Of a stretch of 59,712 nt of DNA, positions 40,122 to 50,788 are shown one piece after another. The DNA is taken from the NCBI GenBank assembly GCA_028817015.1, contig JAPPQJ010000028.1, positions 1-59,712 of the forward strand. Direction: 5' to 3'. Numbering within the stretch: the first letter of the stretch is position 1; every line of letters starts with the position of its first letter. This DNA comes from Gammaproteobacteria bacterium (GTDB taxonomy: Bacteria; Pseudomonadota; Gammaproteobacteria; Arenicellales; Poriferihabitantaceae). Both the position numbers and the translations under genes were made by a program. The notes under the pieces were generated by a model. That model was not told the DNA's origin. It saw only the letters and a list, made by a program, of their open reading frames with translations, and did no database searches.

Positions 40122-40208
40122 CGCATTTGATTTCAACCTTCGCGCGCCGCCGTTATTCTCCCGCCGGTTACCGCATAACCGCCGCGTCGAACGCAGGCGC
40201 CCGGCCAC

Positions 40209-42836
40209 ATGAACGACCACTCTTTCGCCAAAGAAACCGTCCCCTCCAACCTCGAGCAGGAGATGCGCCGGTCGTATCTGGACTACGCGATGAGCGTCAT
40301 CGTCGGGCGCGCCCTGCCGGACATCCGCGACGGCCTCAAGCCGGTGCACCGGCGGGTGCTGTATGCGATGTCGGTGCTGGGCAACGAATGGAACAAGCCG
40401 TATAAGAAATCGGCGCGCGTGGTCGGCGATGTGATCGGCAAATACCATCCCCACGGCGATGCGGCGGTCTACGACGCCATCGTGCGCATGGCGCAGAATT
40501 TTTCGATGCGCTACCCGTTGATCGACGGCCAGGGCAATTTCGGTTCCATCGACGGCGATTCGCCGGCGGCCATGCGCTACACCGAGATTCGCCTGTCAAA
40601 GTTCGCGCATGAATTGCTGGCCGACCTGGACAAGGAGACGGTCGAGTTCGGCCCCAACTACGATGAAACCGAGACTCAGCCGCTGGCCCTGCCGACCCGC
40701 ATTCCCAACCTGCTGGTCAACGGCTCGACCGGTATCGCCGTGGGCATGGCAACCAATGTGCCGCCGCACAACCTGGGCGAGACCGTGGACGCCGCATTAG
40801 CCCTGATCGCCGACCCGGACATCACCATCGCCGGCCTGATGAAGCACCTGCCGGGGCCGGATTTTCCGACGGCCGGCATCATCACCGGGCACAGCGGCAT
40901 CCGCCAAGCCTTCGAGACCGGGCGCGGGCGCATCCACATCCGCGCCCGGGTGGAAGTTGAAACCTCGAAGAGCGGGCGCGAGTCGCTGGTGGTGCACGAG
41001 TTGCCCTATCAGGTCAACAAGGCGCGGCTGATGGAGAAAATCGCCGAGTTGGTCAAGAACAAGCGCATCGACGGCATCTCGGCGATGCGCGATGAGTCGG
41101 ACAAATCCGGGATGCGCATGGTGATGGAGTTGAAGCGCGGCGAGCAGTCCGAGGTGGTGCTCAACAATTTATACAAACACACGCAAATGCAGGCCGTGTT
41201 CGGCATCAACATGGTGGCGCTCAGCGACAACCAGCCGCGCCTGTTCAACCTCAAGGAAACCCTCGAGGAATTCGTCAAACACCGCCGCGAGGTGGTCACC
41301 CGGCGCACCATTTTTGAACTGCGCAAGGCCCGCGAGCGCGCCCACCTCCTGGAAGGGCTGGCGGTGGCGCTGGCCAACATCGACCCGGTGATCGCCGCCA
41401 TCAAAGCCGCGCAGACCCCCGCCGAAGCCAAAGACAAACTGCTGGCGGTGCGCTGGCCGCCGGGCGCGGTGGCGGCGATGTTGGACAGCGACGACCCCGG
41501 CCGCTCCCGGCCGGCCGGCCTGGATGAGCAATACGGCCTCGGGGAAGGCGGCTATCAACTTTCGCCGGCCCAGGCGCAGGCCATACTCGACTTGCGTCTG
41601 CACCGGCTGACCGGCCTGGAGCAGGAGAAGATTCAAAGCGAATACGCCGCCTTAATCCGGGAAATCGCCGGCCTGCTGGAAATTCTGCGCAGCCCCGAGC
41701 GCTTGATGGAAGTCATCAGCGACGAATTGCGCGAGGTGAGCGAACAGTTCGGCGACCGCCGCCGCACCGAAATCCGCGAAGGCGAGATCGATTTGTCCAT
41801 GGAGCACCTGATCGCCGAGGAGGATGTGGTGGTTACGCTGTCCCACGCCGGCTACGCCAAGGCGCAGCCGGTCGCCGATTACACCGCGCAACGGCGCGGC
41901 GGCGTCGGGCGCATCGCCACCCGCACCCGCGAGGAGGACTTCGTGGCCCGCGTGTTTGTCGCCAACACCCACGACACCATCCTGTGCTTCTCCGACCGCG
42001 GCAAGGTCTATTGGCTGCGCGTGTTCCAACTGCCGCAGGCCGGGCGGCAGGCGCGCGGCAAACCGCTGGTCAACCTTCTGTCGCTGGACGCCGGCGAGCA
42101 GATCACCGTGATTTTGCCGATCAAGAACTACGACCAGGGCCAATATGTGGTCATGGCCACGGCCCGGGGCACGGTCAAGAAATGCCGCCTGGACCATTTT
42201 TCCCGGCCGCGCAGCAATGGCCTGATTGCCGTCAAACTGGTGCCCGACGACTACCTGATCGGCGTAGCGCTGACCGGTGGCGCCGAGGATGTGATGTTAG
42301 TCAGTGATGCCGGCAAGGCGGTGCGTTTCCACGAAGCCGATGTGCGCGCCACCGGGCGCGCCACCCGCGGCGTGCGCGGCATCCGGTTGGCCGGCGGCCA
42401 GCGCGTGATCGCGCTCATCGTCGCCCCCGATGCAGGCGGCGCAGACGCCGATGCCGATGCGCCCGAAAACCTCCTCATCAGCACCGAAAACGGCTACGGC
42501 AAGCGCACGCCGCTGGCCCATTTCCCGCGCCGGCGGCGCGGCGGCAAGGGCGTGATCGCGATCAAGACCTCGCGGCGCAACGGCCGGGTGGTCAGCGCCC
42601 TGATAGTCGGCGAGGATGACCAGATCATGCTGATCACCGACCACGGCATTCTGGTGCGCACGCGCGTCGCCGAGGTGTCCGCCCAGGGCCGTAACACCCA
42701 GGGCGTGCGCCTGATTTCCATGAGGGATGAGGGGCGGCTGGCCGGGGTCAGCAAGGTCGAAGACAGCGAGCAGCCGCCGGATTCGGCCGGGGAATCCGGC
42801 GAAGTTGGGGAAACCGGCGAAACCACGCTCCATTGA
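40209..42836 (+). CDS. gyrA: DNA gyrase subunit A
   Basis: 875 aa. '[27 protein letters not shown]', '[18 protein letters not shown]' (QRDR), the active-site 'AMRYTE' region, and C-terminal beta-pinwheel repeats with an acidic tail. Confidence 0.98.
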   Translation: MNDHSFAKETVPSNLEQEMRRSYLDYAMSVIVGRALPDIRDGLKPVHRRVLYAMSVLGNEWNKPYKKSARVVGDVIGKYHPHGDAAVYDAIVRMAQNFSMRYPLIDGQGNFGSIDGDSPAAMRYTEIRLSKFAHELLADLDKETVEFGPNYDETETQPLALPTRIPNLLVNGSTGIAVGMATNVPPHNLGETVDAALALIADPDITIAGLMKHLPGPDFPTAGIITGHSGIRQAFETGRGRIHIRARVEVETSKSGRESLVVHELPYQVNKARLMEKIAELVKNKRIDGISAMRDESDKSGMRMVMELKRGEQSEVVLNNLYKHTQMQAVFGINMVALSDNQPRLFNLKETLEEFVKHRREVVTRRTIFELRKARERAHLLEGLAVALANIDPVIAAIKAAQTPAEAKDKLLAVRWPPGAVAAMLDSDDPGRSRPAGLDEQYGLGEGGYQLSPAQAQAILDLRLHRLTGLEQEKIQSEYAALIREIAGLLEILRSPERLMEVISDELREVSEQFGDRRRTEIREGEIDLSMEHLIAEEDVVVTLSHAGYAKAQPVADYTAQRRGGVGRIATRTREEDFVARVFVANTHDTILCFSDRGKVYWLRVFQLPQAGRQARGKPLVNLLSLDAGEQITVILPIKNYDQGQYVVMATARGTVKKCRLDHFSRPRSNGLIAVKLVPDDYLIGVALTGGAEDVMLVSDAGKAVRFHEADVRATGRATRGVRGIRLAGGQRVIALIVAPDAGGADADADAPENLLISTENGYGKRTPLAHFPRRRRGGKGVIAIKTSRRNGRVVSALIVGEDDQIMLITDHGILVRTRVAEVSAQGRNTQGVRLISMRDEGRLAGVSKVEDSEQPPDSAGESGEVGETGETTLH

Positions 42837-42863
42837 GCATTCATTGAGCGCCGCGCCGCCGTC

Positions 42864-43949
42864 ATGAGCAAACAGGCCGAGACCCGGTTGAGCGCCTGCC
42901 GCGCGCACATCGACGAGATCGATGAACAGATGCTGGCGCTGATGAACCGGCGCGTTGAAGTCGCGCAGCGCATCGGCGAGATTAAGTCATCGCTGGACGA
43001 GCCGGCCTTCTACCGCCCGGAACGCGAGGCGCGGGTGTTGAAGCGGCTGCGCAAATTGAACCGCGGGCCGCTGGACGACGCCTCGCTGGAAGCGCTGTTC
43101 AGGGAAATCATGTCGATCACCCGCAGCTCGGAGGCCGGCCTGTCGGTGGCCGTCCTCGGGCCGCTTGGCACCTACACCGAGGCGGCCGCCCGCCAGCATT
43201 TCGGGCGCTCCATCGCGGTGGCGCCGTTTTCCACCATCGACGAGATTTTTCGCGCCGCGGAAACCGGGCAGACCGACTTCGCGGTGGCGCCGGTGGAGAA
43301 TTCCACCGAAGGCGGGGTCAGCGGCACCCTCGACCGGCTGGTCACCACCTCGCTGCTCATTTGCGGGGAAATCCACCTGCGCATTCACCACAACCTGCTC
43401 GGCACAGGCGATTCGCTGCAGGCGGTCAAGCGCGTGATGGCGCACGCGCAGTCGCTGGCGCAGTGCCGCCGGTGGCTGCACCGCAACCTGCCGGGCGCGC
43501 AACTCATCAGCGCCGCCAGCAACGCCGAGGCCGCCATTCAGGCGCGCGACGACCGGTCCGCCGCCGCCATCGCCGGCGACAGCGCCGCCGCGCGCTACGG
43601 TCTGAACCACTTGGCCGCCAACATCGAAGACGAGCCCGGCAACGCCACCCGCTTTCTGCTGTTTTCCAACCGCCCGACGCCGCCCAGCGGCGACGACAAA
43701 ACCAGCCTCCTGCTGTCGTGCCGCAACCGCCCGGGGGCGCTGTTTCATCTCTTGAAGCCGCTGATGGAGCGCGGCGTGGATATGACCCGAATCGAATCGC
43801 GGCCGTCGCGCACCGGGCTGTGGGAATACATTTTTTTTGTCGACATCATCGGCCACCAGGCCGACCCCGGCATCGCCGAAACCTTGAAAGAACTGCGCAG
43901 CGAGGCCGGTCTTTACAAGAATCTCGGCTCCTATCCGGTCTCCAGTTAG
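42864..43949 (+). CDS. pheA: Bifunctional chorismate mutase / prephenate dehydratase (P-protein)
   Basis: CM domain 'L...R..ID.ID.Q.L.L...R', PDT 'VAVLGP.GTY.E.AA', 'TRF' and 'ESRP' ACT motifs. Confidence 0.93.
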   Translation: MSKQAETRLSACRAHIDEIDEQMLALMNRRVEVAQRIGEIKSSLDEPAFYRPEREARVLKRLRKLNRGPLDDASLEALFREIMSITRSSEAGLSVAVLGPLGTYTEAAARQHFGRSIAVAPFSTIDEIFRAAETGQTDFAVAPVENSTEGGVSGTLDRLVTTSLLICGEIHLRIHHNLLGTGDSLQAVKRVMAHAQSLAQCRRWLHRNLPGAQLISAASNAEAAIQARDDRSAAAIAGDSAAARYGLNHLAANIEDEPGNATRFLLFSNRPTPPSGDDKTSLLLSCRNRPGALFHLLKPLMERGVDMTRIESRPSRTGLWEYIFFVDIIGHQADPGIAETLKELRSEAGLYKNLGSYPVSS

Positions 43950-43950
43950 C

Positions 43951-44907
43951 GTGGCCGGCGCGGGGCATTTCGGGCGCGGGCCGGCGTTCCACATCCCGGC
44001 GCTGGCGGTCATCGGCGTCGGCCTCATCGGCGGCTCGCTGGCGCTGGCGTTGAAGCGGCGCGGGCGGGTCGGGCGCGTCATTGGCGCCGGCCGGTCGCGC
44101 GCCAGTTTGGAGAAGGCGCTGCGCCTGGGCGCCATCGACGCCATCGCCGCGCATCCGGCGGAGGCCGCGCAGGCCGCCGACTTAATCTTCTTGTCGGCGC
44201 CGGTCGGCGCCACCGCCGGGTTGCTCGAAGCCATTGCCCCGGCGCTGGACGCGGACAAAATCGCCACCGACGCCGGCAGCGTCAAGGGCGGCGTGTGCGC
44301 GGCGGCCCAGGCCGTGTTAGGCGCGCGCGCCGGGCGCTTCGTCCCCGGCCACCCGGTGGCCGGCAAGGAGCATTCGGGAGTCGGCGCGGCCAGCGCCGAT
44401 TTGTTCCAGAACCACAACGCGGTCATCACCCCGCTGGCGCACACCGATGCCGGCGCGCTGGAGACCGTGCGGCGCATGTGGCGCGCGGTCGGCGCGCGCG
44501 TCATCACCCTGCCGCCCGAGTTGCACGACCAGGTGCTGGCGCTGACCAGCCACCTGCCTCATGTGCTGGCCTACGCGATGGTGGATTTGTTCGCCGCATC
44601 GGCCGCCGCCGATGCCGCTGACCGAGCCGCTGGCCCCGGCCTGTATGGCGACATGGCCGCCGGCGGTTTCTACGATTTCACCCGCACCGCCTCCAGCGAC
44701 GCCGAGATGTGGCGCGACATTTGCCTGATGAACCGCGCGCAAATCCTGCCCCACCTGGCGGCGTTCGCCGGCCGCCTCGAGCGCCTTGGGCAGTTGATCG
44801 AGCAAGCCGACGGCGCGGCCTTGGAGCGCCTGTTTGCCGCCGCCCGCAACACCCGCACGCAGGTGGCTGAACGGCGGCCGCCGGCCGCCCCGGCGACTTC
44901 AACTTAA
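43951..44907 (+). CDS. tyrA: Prephenate/arogenate dehydrogenase
   Basis: 'LAVIGVGLIGGSLALAL' NAD fold and 'FVPGHPVAGKEHSG'. GTG start 1 nt after the pheA stop. Separate from aroA (17-nt gap), not fused. Confidence 0.88.
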   Translation: MAGAGHFGRGPAFHIPALAVIGVGLIGGSLALALKRRGRVGRVIGAGRSRASLEKALRLGAIDAIAAHPAEAAQAADLIFLSAPVGATAGLLEAIAPALDADKIATDAGSVKGGVCAAAQAVLGARAGRFVPGHPVAGKEHSGVGAASADLFQNHNAVITPLAHTDAGALETVRRMWRAVGARVITLPPELHDQVLALTSHLPHVLAYAMVDLFAASAAADAADRAAGPGLYGDMAAGGFYDFTRTASSDAEMWRDICLMNRAQILPHLAAFAGRLERLGQLIEQADGAALERLFAAARNTRTQVAERRPPAAPATST

Positions 44908-44924
44908 GTCCGGCGAGTTCAGCG

Positions 44925-46259
44925 ATGCGCCTGCGCGTGACCCCCGGCGGCCCGCTGTGCGGCGACATCCAGGTCGCCGCGGACAAGTCCATTTCCCACC
45001 GCGCGGTTATCCTGGCCGCCATCGCCACCGGGGTGAGCGGCCTGCGCAATTTATCGCAGGGCGAAGATGTGCGCGCCACGCTGGCCGCCTTCCGCTCCAT
45101 GGGCGTGCGCATTGAACAGCGCGCCGATGGCGAAGTTGAAATCGAAGGCGCCGGCCTGCACGGCCTGTGCCAGCCGCCGCGCGAAATCGACCTGGGCAAT
45201 TCCGGCACCGCGATGCGCCTGCTCGCCGGGCTGCTGTGCGCGCAACGCTGGTCGTCCACGCTGACCGGCGACGCCTCGCTGAAGGCCCGGCCGATGGCGC
45301 GCATCATCGAGCCGCTGACCCGCATGGGCGCGGTCATCCAATCCATCCAGTCCCGCGCGGGCGGCACCGATGCTCGCCCGCCGTTAGCCATGACCCCCGT
45401 GCCGCGATTGCGCGGGAGCGACTTTTCCCTGCCGGTGGCCAGCGCCCAGGTTAAATCGGCGCTGCTGTTGGCCGGGCTGTATGCCAAGGGCGCCACCACG
45501 GTGACCGCGCCGGCGCCGACCCGCGATCACACCGAGCGCATGTTGGCGGCATTCGGCGCGCCGGTCGAGCCGGTGGGCGGCGACGGCATCCGCGCCGGGG
45601 TGCGCGGCGGCGGGGCGTTGCGCGCGGTGCATATGCGGGTGCCGGCGGATTTGTCGGCGGCGGCGTTTTTCATAGTCGGCGCCTCGGTCATCGGCGGCAG
45701 CGAGGTGCTGCTGCGCGGCGTCGGCGTCAACCCGACCCGCGACGGCATATTAGCCATTTTGCGGCGCATGGGCGCCGACATCGAAGTGCGCGCGCGCCGC
45801 GAAGTCAGCGGCGAGCCGGTGGCCGACATCCGGGTGCGCGCGGCGGCGTTGCGCGGTTGCCGCATCGACGCCGGCGATGTGGCGTTGGCCATCGACGAAA
45901 TCCCGGCCATTGCGGTGGCCGCGGCCTGCGCCGACGGCGCCACTTCCATTCGCGGCGCCGGCGAACTGCGGGTCAAGGAAAGCGACCGCATCAGCCGCGT
46001 GGCCGCGGGCCTGGCGGCGCTCGGCGTGGCGGTCGAGGAGCACGCGGACGGCCTGACCATCACCGGCGGGCGGCCGCGCGGCGGCCGGGTCGACAGTGGC
46101 GGCGACCACCGCATCGCCATGGCGTTTGCGGTCGCCGGCGGCGCGGCCGACGGCGCGGTGGAAGTGGCCGACTGCGCGAACATCGCCACCTCATTCCCGG
46201 AATTCTGCCCGGTGGCGCGGGACGCCGGGCTGCGCATCGAGGCTGGCGATGATGACTGA
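44925..46259 (+). CDS. aroA: 3-phosphoshikimate 1-carboxyvinyltransferase (EPSP synthase)
   Basis: 'PGDKSISHRA'-type 'AADKSISHRAVILAA', 'LGNSGTAMRLL', 'RPM.R', 'KESDRI' and 'DHRIAMAFAVAG'. Confidence 0.95.
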   Translation: MRLRVTPGGPLCGDIQVAADKSISHRAVILAAIATGVSGLRNLSQGEDVRATLAAFRSMGVRIEQRADGEVEIEGAGLHGLCQPPREIDLGNSGTAMRLLAGLLCAQRWSSTLTGDASLKARPMARIIEPLTRMGAVIQSIQSRAGGTDARPPLAMTPVPRLRGSDFSLPVASAQVKSALLLAGLYAKGATTVTAPAPTRDHTERMLAAFGAPVEPVGGDGIRAGVRGGGALRAVHMRVPADLSAAAFFIVGASVIGGSEVLLRGVGVNPTRDGILAILRRMGADIEVRARREVSGEPVADIRVRAAALRGCRIDAGDVALAIDEIPAIAVAAACADGATSIRGAGELRVKESDRISRVAAGLAALGVAVEEHADGLTITGGRPRGGRVDSGGDHRIAMAFAVAGGAADGAVEVADCANIATSFPEFCPVARDAGLRIEAGDDD

Positions 46260-46938
46260 TGCGCCGGAAGTGCCGGTCATCGCCGTGGACGGCCCCAGCG
46301 GTGTCGGCAAGGGCACGCTGGCGCGGGCGTTAGTGCAGCGCCTGCACTGGCATTATCTGGAAAGCGGCGCGCTGTACCGCGCGTTGGGCCTGCTCGCCGA
46401 GCGCCGCGGCGTCGCGTTGGACGATGCGCGCGGCCTGGCGCAGTTGGCCGCCGGCCTCGAGTTGCTGTTTGCCGATGGCGCAGTGTGGCTGGACGGCGAG
46501 GAACTCGGCGACTCGATTCGCACCGAGGCGGCCGGGCGGCGGGCCTCTCAAATCGCGCCGCTGCCGGCGGTGCGCGCCGCGCTGCTGCGCTGGCAGCGGC
46601 GGTGCGCGCGGCCCCCGGGTCTGGTGGCCGACGGGCGCGACATGGGCAGCGTGGTGTTCCCCTCGGCGGCGTGCAAGATTTTCCTCACCGCCAGCGCCGA
46701 GGCGCGCGCGATGCGGCGTTTCAAGCAGTTGAGAGAAAAAGGATTTAATGTTAACATCGCGCGGCTTTTAAGGGACATCAGGGAGCGCGACTGGCGCGAC
46801 TCCAAGCGCTCCGTGTCGCCCCTTAAACGCGCCGGCGATGCCTTTGAGTTGGATACCACCGGGTTGTCCGCGGATGAAGTGATGGCGGTGGTTTTCAAGC
46901 GGGTTGAACAAACCTGGCCGTTGCTCAAGCGGGGCTGA
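46249..46938 (+). CDS. cmk: (d)CMP kinase
   Basis: 'VIAVDGPSGVGKGTLARAL' and 'DGRDMG..VFP.A..K.FL.AS.E.RA.RR'. Start moved to ATG 46249/46252, which overlaps the aroA 3' end. Confidence 0.92.
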   Translation: MMTDAPEVPVIAVDGPSGVGKGTLARALVQRLHWHYLESGALYRALGLLAERRGVALDDARGLAQLAAGLELLFADGAVWLDGEELGDSIRTEAAGRRASQIAPLPAVRAALLRWQRRCARPPGLVADGRDMGSVVFPSAACKIFLTASAEARAMRRFKQLREKGFNVNIARLLRDIRERDWRDSKRSVSPLKRAGDAFELDTTGLSADEVMAVVFKRVEQTWPLLKRG

Positions 46939-47090
46939 ACCGGCCGGGGGTGGCGGCGCATGGGGGTGCGGTGTCCATGTCAATGGGCGCCGGCACCGCG
47001 CCGCCGCAAAGTCAACACAACAATCTATGAACCGAAGAGGCGGCCCGGACGATTCGCGCGGTGTCGGCGAGTGAGCCGGGCTTTACCGAT

Positions 47091-48806
47091 ATGACAGAAA
47101 ATTTTGCAGCGTTACTGGAAGAGAGTTTGTCGGGCGTGATCATGCACCCCGGCGAGTTGATCATGGGTGATGTGGTCGAGGCCAACGACGATTATGTGAT
47201 CGTCAGCGCCGGGTTGAAGTCGGATGCGGAAATTCCGGCGGCCGAATTCAAGAATGCGGACGGCGAATTAACCGTCAAGGTCGGCGACAGGGTCGAGGTG
47301 ACGCTGGAGGCGGTGGAGGACGGCAGCGGCAATACGCGCATGTCGAGGGAGCGGGCGGTGCGCACTCGTGCCTGGGGCGAACTCACCCGGGCGCACGAGC
47401 AAAACACCATTGTCAGCGGCATGATCACCGGCAAGGTCAAGGGCGGGTTCACAGTCGAGATCAACAACTTGCGGGCTTTTCTGCCGGGCTCGCTGGTGGA
47501 TGTGCGCCCGGTCAAGGACTCCGCCTACATCGAAGGGCGCGAACTGGAATTCAAGATCATTAAACTCGACCAGCAGCGCAACAACATCGTGGTCTCGCGG
47601 CGCGCCATCGTCGAAAACGAATTGAGCGAGGAGCGCGAAAAACTGCTCAACACGCTGGAAGAGGGCATGGTCATCAAGGGCGTGGTCAAGAACCTGACCG
47701 ACTACGGCGCGTTCGTCAACTTAGGCGGGCTGGACGGCCTGCTGCACATCACCGACATGGCCTGGAAGCGGGTTAAGCACCCTTCCGAAGTCCTCAATGT
47801 CGGCGATGAAATCGAAGCCCGGGTGCTTAAATTCGACCGTGAACAGTGCCGCGTGTCGCTGGGCCTGAAGCAATTAGGCGACGACCCGTGGCTGGATCTG
47901 GAGCGCCGTTACCCGGTCAGCACCCGGCTGTTCGGCAAGGTGACCAACCTCACCGACTACGGCGCTTTCGTCGAACTGGAAGAAGGCGTCGAAGGCCTGG
48001 TCCACCTGTCGGAAATGAACTGGACCAACCGCAACATCCACCCCAGCAAGGTCTGTCATGTCGGCGACGAGGTGGAGGTCATGGTGCTGGACATCGACCC
48101 GGAACGGCGCCGCGTGTCGCTGGGCATGAAGCAGTGCACCCCCAATCCGTGGGAGGAATTCGCGGCGGCCCGCAAAAAAGGCGATGTCATCAGCGGGCGC
48201 ATCCGCTCGATCACCGATTTCGGCGTGTTCATCGGCATCGAAGGCGGCATAGACGGCCTGGTTCACCTGTCCGATTTGTCGTGGGAGCGCCCCGGCGCCG
48301 AAGTGGTCACCGAATTCAAAAAGGGCAATGAACTGTCGGTGGTGGTGCTGGCGGTGGACGCCGAACGCGAGCGCATTTCTCTCGGCCTCAAGCAGGTGAC
48401 CGAAGACCCGTTCGTCGCATATGTGGCCGCCAGCGGCAAAGGCAGCGCGGTCAAAGGCGTGGTCAAGGAGGTGACCGCCAAGGGCGCCACGGTGGAATTG
48501 GCGCCCGGAGTCGAGGGTTATTTGCGGGTCTCGGAAATTTCCCGCGAACGGGTCGAAGACGCCCGGTCGGCGCTTTCCAAGGGCGATGAAATTGAGGTCA
48601 AGATCACCAGCATCGACCGCAAAGACCGCCATATTTCGCTGTCCGTCAAAGTCCGGGAAACCGAACTGGAAGGCGAGGCGGCGCAGGAATACGCGGCTCG
48701 CGATGTCAATCTGGGCGGCGCCACACTCGGCGATAAATTCAAGGAGCAACTCGGCAACCGGCAGCCACCCGGCGAGCAGCAACAACCCGGCGAGTCCACC
48801 TCCTGA
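47091..48806 (+). CDS. rpsA: 30S ribosomal protein S1
   Basis: Six S1 domains ('[19 protein letters not shown]'). Start set at ATG 47091 ([13 protein letters not shown]). Confidence 0.96.
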   Translation: MTENFAALLEESLSGVIMHPGELIMGDVVEANDDYVIVSAGLKSDAEIPAAEFKNADGELTVKVGDRVEVTLEAVEDGSGNTRMSRERAVRTRAWGELTRAHEQNTIVSGMITGKVKGGFTVEINNLRAFLPGSLVDVRPVKDSAYIEGRELEFKIIKLDQQRNNIVVSRRAIVENELSEEREKLLNTLEEGMVIKGVVKNLTDYGAFVNLGGLDGLLHITDMAWKRVKHPSEVLNVGDEIEARVLKFDREQCRVSLGLKQLGDDPWLDLERRYPVSTRLFGKVTNLTDYGAFVELEEGVEGLVHLSEMNWTNRNIHPSKVCHVGDEVEVMVLDIDPERRRVSLGMKQCTPNPWEEFAAARKKGDVISGRIRSITDFGVFIGIEGGIDGLVHLSDLSWERPGAEVVTEFKKGNELSVVVLAVDAERERISLGLKQVTEDPFVAYVAASGKGSAVKGVVKEVTAKGATVELAPGVEGYLRVSEISRERVEDARSALSKGDEIEVKITSIDRKDRHISLSVKVRETELEGEAAQEYAARDVNLGGATLGDKFKEQLGNRQPPGEQQQPGESTS

Positions 48807-48844
48807 CGAACCCGCCTCCTGTTATATCCTGTTATACTTAGTTC

Positions 48845-49177
48845 ATGGCGACCGACAACCACAAGCGCCCCGCCCCGCCGCTGACCAAGTCCGAACTGGT
48901 GGCCTGCATCATCGGCGACCAGATGGAACTGGAAGCCAAGGCGGTGGAATATGCGGTCAACATCATTCTGGACCACATGTCTTCGGCCCTGGCCGCGGGC
49001 GAGCGCATCGAAATCCGCGGTTTCGGCAGTTTGAGCCTGCGCCACCGGCCGCCGCGTACCGCGCGCAACCCGAAGACCGGCGAAGAGGTGCAGGTGCCGG
49101 AAAAATATGTGCCCCACTTCAAGCCGGGGGCGAGACTGCGCCAGAGGGTTAACCAGGGGGTGGAGGGCAAGCGGTGA
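48845..49177 (+). CDS. ihfB: Integration host factor subunit beta
   Basis: 'LTKSELV', '[43 protein letters not shown]'. It has about 12 extra N-terminal residues compared with E. coli. Confidence 0.93.
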   Translation: MATDNHKRPAPPLTKSELVACIIGDQMELEAKAVEYAVNIILDHMSSALAAGERIEIRGFGSLSLRHRPPRTARNPKTGEEVQVPEKYVPHFKPGARLRQRVNQGVEGKR

Positions 49178-49443
49178 AGAAAATGCTCTATGTCGTGTTC
49201 GTGGCGGTAGTTGCGCTGTTCGGGCTGACCTTTAGTTATCGGAACCAGCGGGCCGTCGGCATCGACTATTATTTCGGCGTGGATTTCCAGGTTCAGTTGC
49301 CGCTGCTCCTGTTCATCACTTTCGCCCTGGGCCTGGTGGTCGGCTGCCTGGCGACGTTGCCGAGGGTGCTGGGCGCGCGCCGCAGACTGTCCCGGGCGCA
49401 GCGCCAGGCGCGCGCCCTGCAACGCGCCGCCGCCGGCTCCTGA
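49174..49443 (+). CDS. lapA: Lipopolysaccharide assembly protein LapA (YciS/DUF1049)
   Basis: Small two-TM protein between ihfB and lapB. GTG 49174 overlaps the ihfB TGA. ATG 49183 is an alternative start. Confidence 0.75.
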   Translation: MKKMLYVVFVAVVALFGLTFSYRNQRAVGIDYYFGVDFQVQLPLLLFITFALGLVVGCLATLPRVLGARRRLSRAQRQARALQRAAAGS

Positions 49444-49531
49444 GCGAACCGCGTTCGGGTATTCGGCTGTTGCACGGCTCAACCGCGCATCGACTCCGCA
49501 TCCCGCGGCCCGCGCATTCTTCGACAAGGTG

Positions 49532-50737
49532 ATGGACCCGTTCTGGTTGCTGTTGTTGCTGCCCACCGCCGCCGCCAGCGGCTGGGTGATGGCCAAGCGC
49601 GAACGAAGCGCGGCGGTGAAGCACAAGAAACTTCCCGAAACCTATTTCAAGGGGCTGGGCTTCCTGCTCAACGAGCAGCCCGACAAAGCGCTGCGAGTGT
49701 TTCTGGAAGCGGTTGAAATGGACAGCGAAACGGTGGAAATGCACCTGGCGCTCGGCAACCTGTTCCGCCGCCGCGGTGAAATCGAGAGGGCCACGCGCAT
49801 TCACCGCAATTTGGCCGCGCGCACCGACCTGGAAGACGAGTTGCGCACCCTGGCGCTGTTCGAGTTGGCCCAGGATTATTTCAAGGCCGGGCTGTTTGAC
49901 CGCGCCGAAGACCTGTTCCAGGAATTGCGCCAGGTGCCGGAGCATAGCGAGCAGGCGGGCCGTTTCCTGCTGCAAATCTACGACCAGGAAAAAGAGTGGG
50001 GCGACGCCATCCTGATCGCCGAGGAGTTGACCCGCGCCTCAGGCCTTGATTTGTCGGAATCACTGGCCCAGTATTGCTGCGAACTGGCTGAACAGGCGAT
50101 CGCCGACGGCAAGAACGAGAGCGCCGAGCGCCACCTGGAATCCGCCTTCCGGTACAACCCGCGCTGTGTTCGCGCGGTCATCCAGTCCGGGCGGCTGGCA
50201 TCCATGCGGGGTAATCACGCCAACGCCATCGCCATCTGGCGCGGGTTGGAGCACTGGGCGCCGCAAGCGCTCGGCGAAGTGGTCGACCACCTGGCCAACA
50301 GTTACGCGGCGCTCGGCGACAAAAAAAACTACCGGCGGTTTCTCGAGGAAGTGGTCAACAACAACTCCGACCCGCGCATTATGGCCACGCTCATCGAACT
50401 GGTGAAGCAGGAAGAGGAAAGCGAAACCAGCCAGGCGCTGCTGCTCGACCTGGTGAGGAGGCGGCCGAGCTTGGAAGGGCTGTGCGAGTTGATTAAATCG
50501 CGCGCCGCAAACAACCGCTCGGAGCGCGAGAAAAAGGACTTCACGGTGCTCGCCGACCTGCTGTCGCAAGTGGTCGGGCAGGACTCCGGATACCACTGCC
50601 ACAACTGCGGCTTCCACGGCAGTTCGCTGCACTGGCAGTGCCCCGGATGCAAGAGTTGGGGCACGGTGCAAAAGCAAGTCACGCTGCACCGCGGCAAACC
50701 GCCGCGCCGCCGCGCCGGGGTCGGAACGGCGCTGTAG
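49532..50737 (+). CDS. lapB: Lipopolysaccharide assembly protein LapB (YciM): TPR repeats plus rubredoxin-like zinc finger
   Basis: N-terminal TM, TPR repeats, and C-terminal 'YHCHNCGF....HWQCPGCKSWG'. The start could also be GTG 49529. Confidence 0.92.
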   Translation: MDPFWLLLLLPTAAASGWVMAKRERSAAVKHKKLPETYFKGLGFLLNEQPDKALRVFLEAVEMDSETVEMHLALGNLFRRRGEIERATRIHRNLAARTDLEDELRTLALFELAQDYFKAGLFDRAEDLFQELRQVPEHSEQAGRFLLQIYDQEKEWGDAILIAEELTRASGLDLSESLAQYCCELAEQAIADGKNESAERHLESAFRYNPRCVRAVIQSGRLASMRGNHANAIAIWRGLEHWAPQALGEVVDHLANSYAALGDKKNYRRFLEEVVNNNSDPRIMATLIELVKQEEESETSQALLLDLVRRRPSLEGLCELIKSRAANNRSEREKKDFTVLADLLSQVVGQDSGYHCHNCGFHGSSLHWQCPGCKSWGTVQKQVTLHRGKPPRRRAGVGTAL

Positions 50738-50788
50738 CCGCGACGGCCGCCGGCCCAGCCCACTCCAAACAAGCGGCGCACCAAGCGG

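Noticed and set aside
42987-44507. 506-aa minus-strand ORF
   Set aside because: It is antisense to pheA and tyrA, which have clear family motifs. Its composition is Ala/Arg/Pro-rich and featureless. The same reasoning rejects 28083-29192 (antisense to der), 50060-51262 (antisense to lapB/ugd), 52871-53977 (antisense to hldA/hldD), 38410-39282 and 39340-40065 (antisense to relA), and 22864-23884 (antisense to rlmN).
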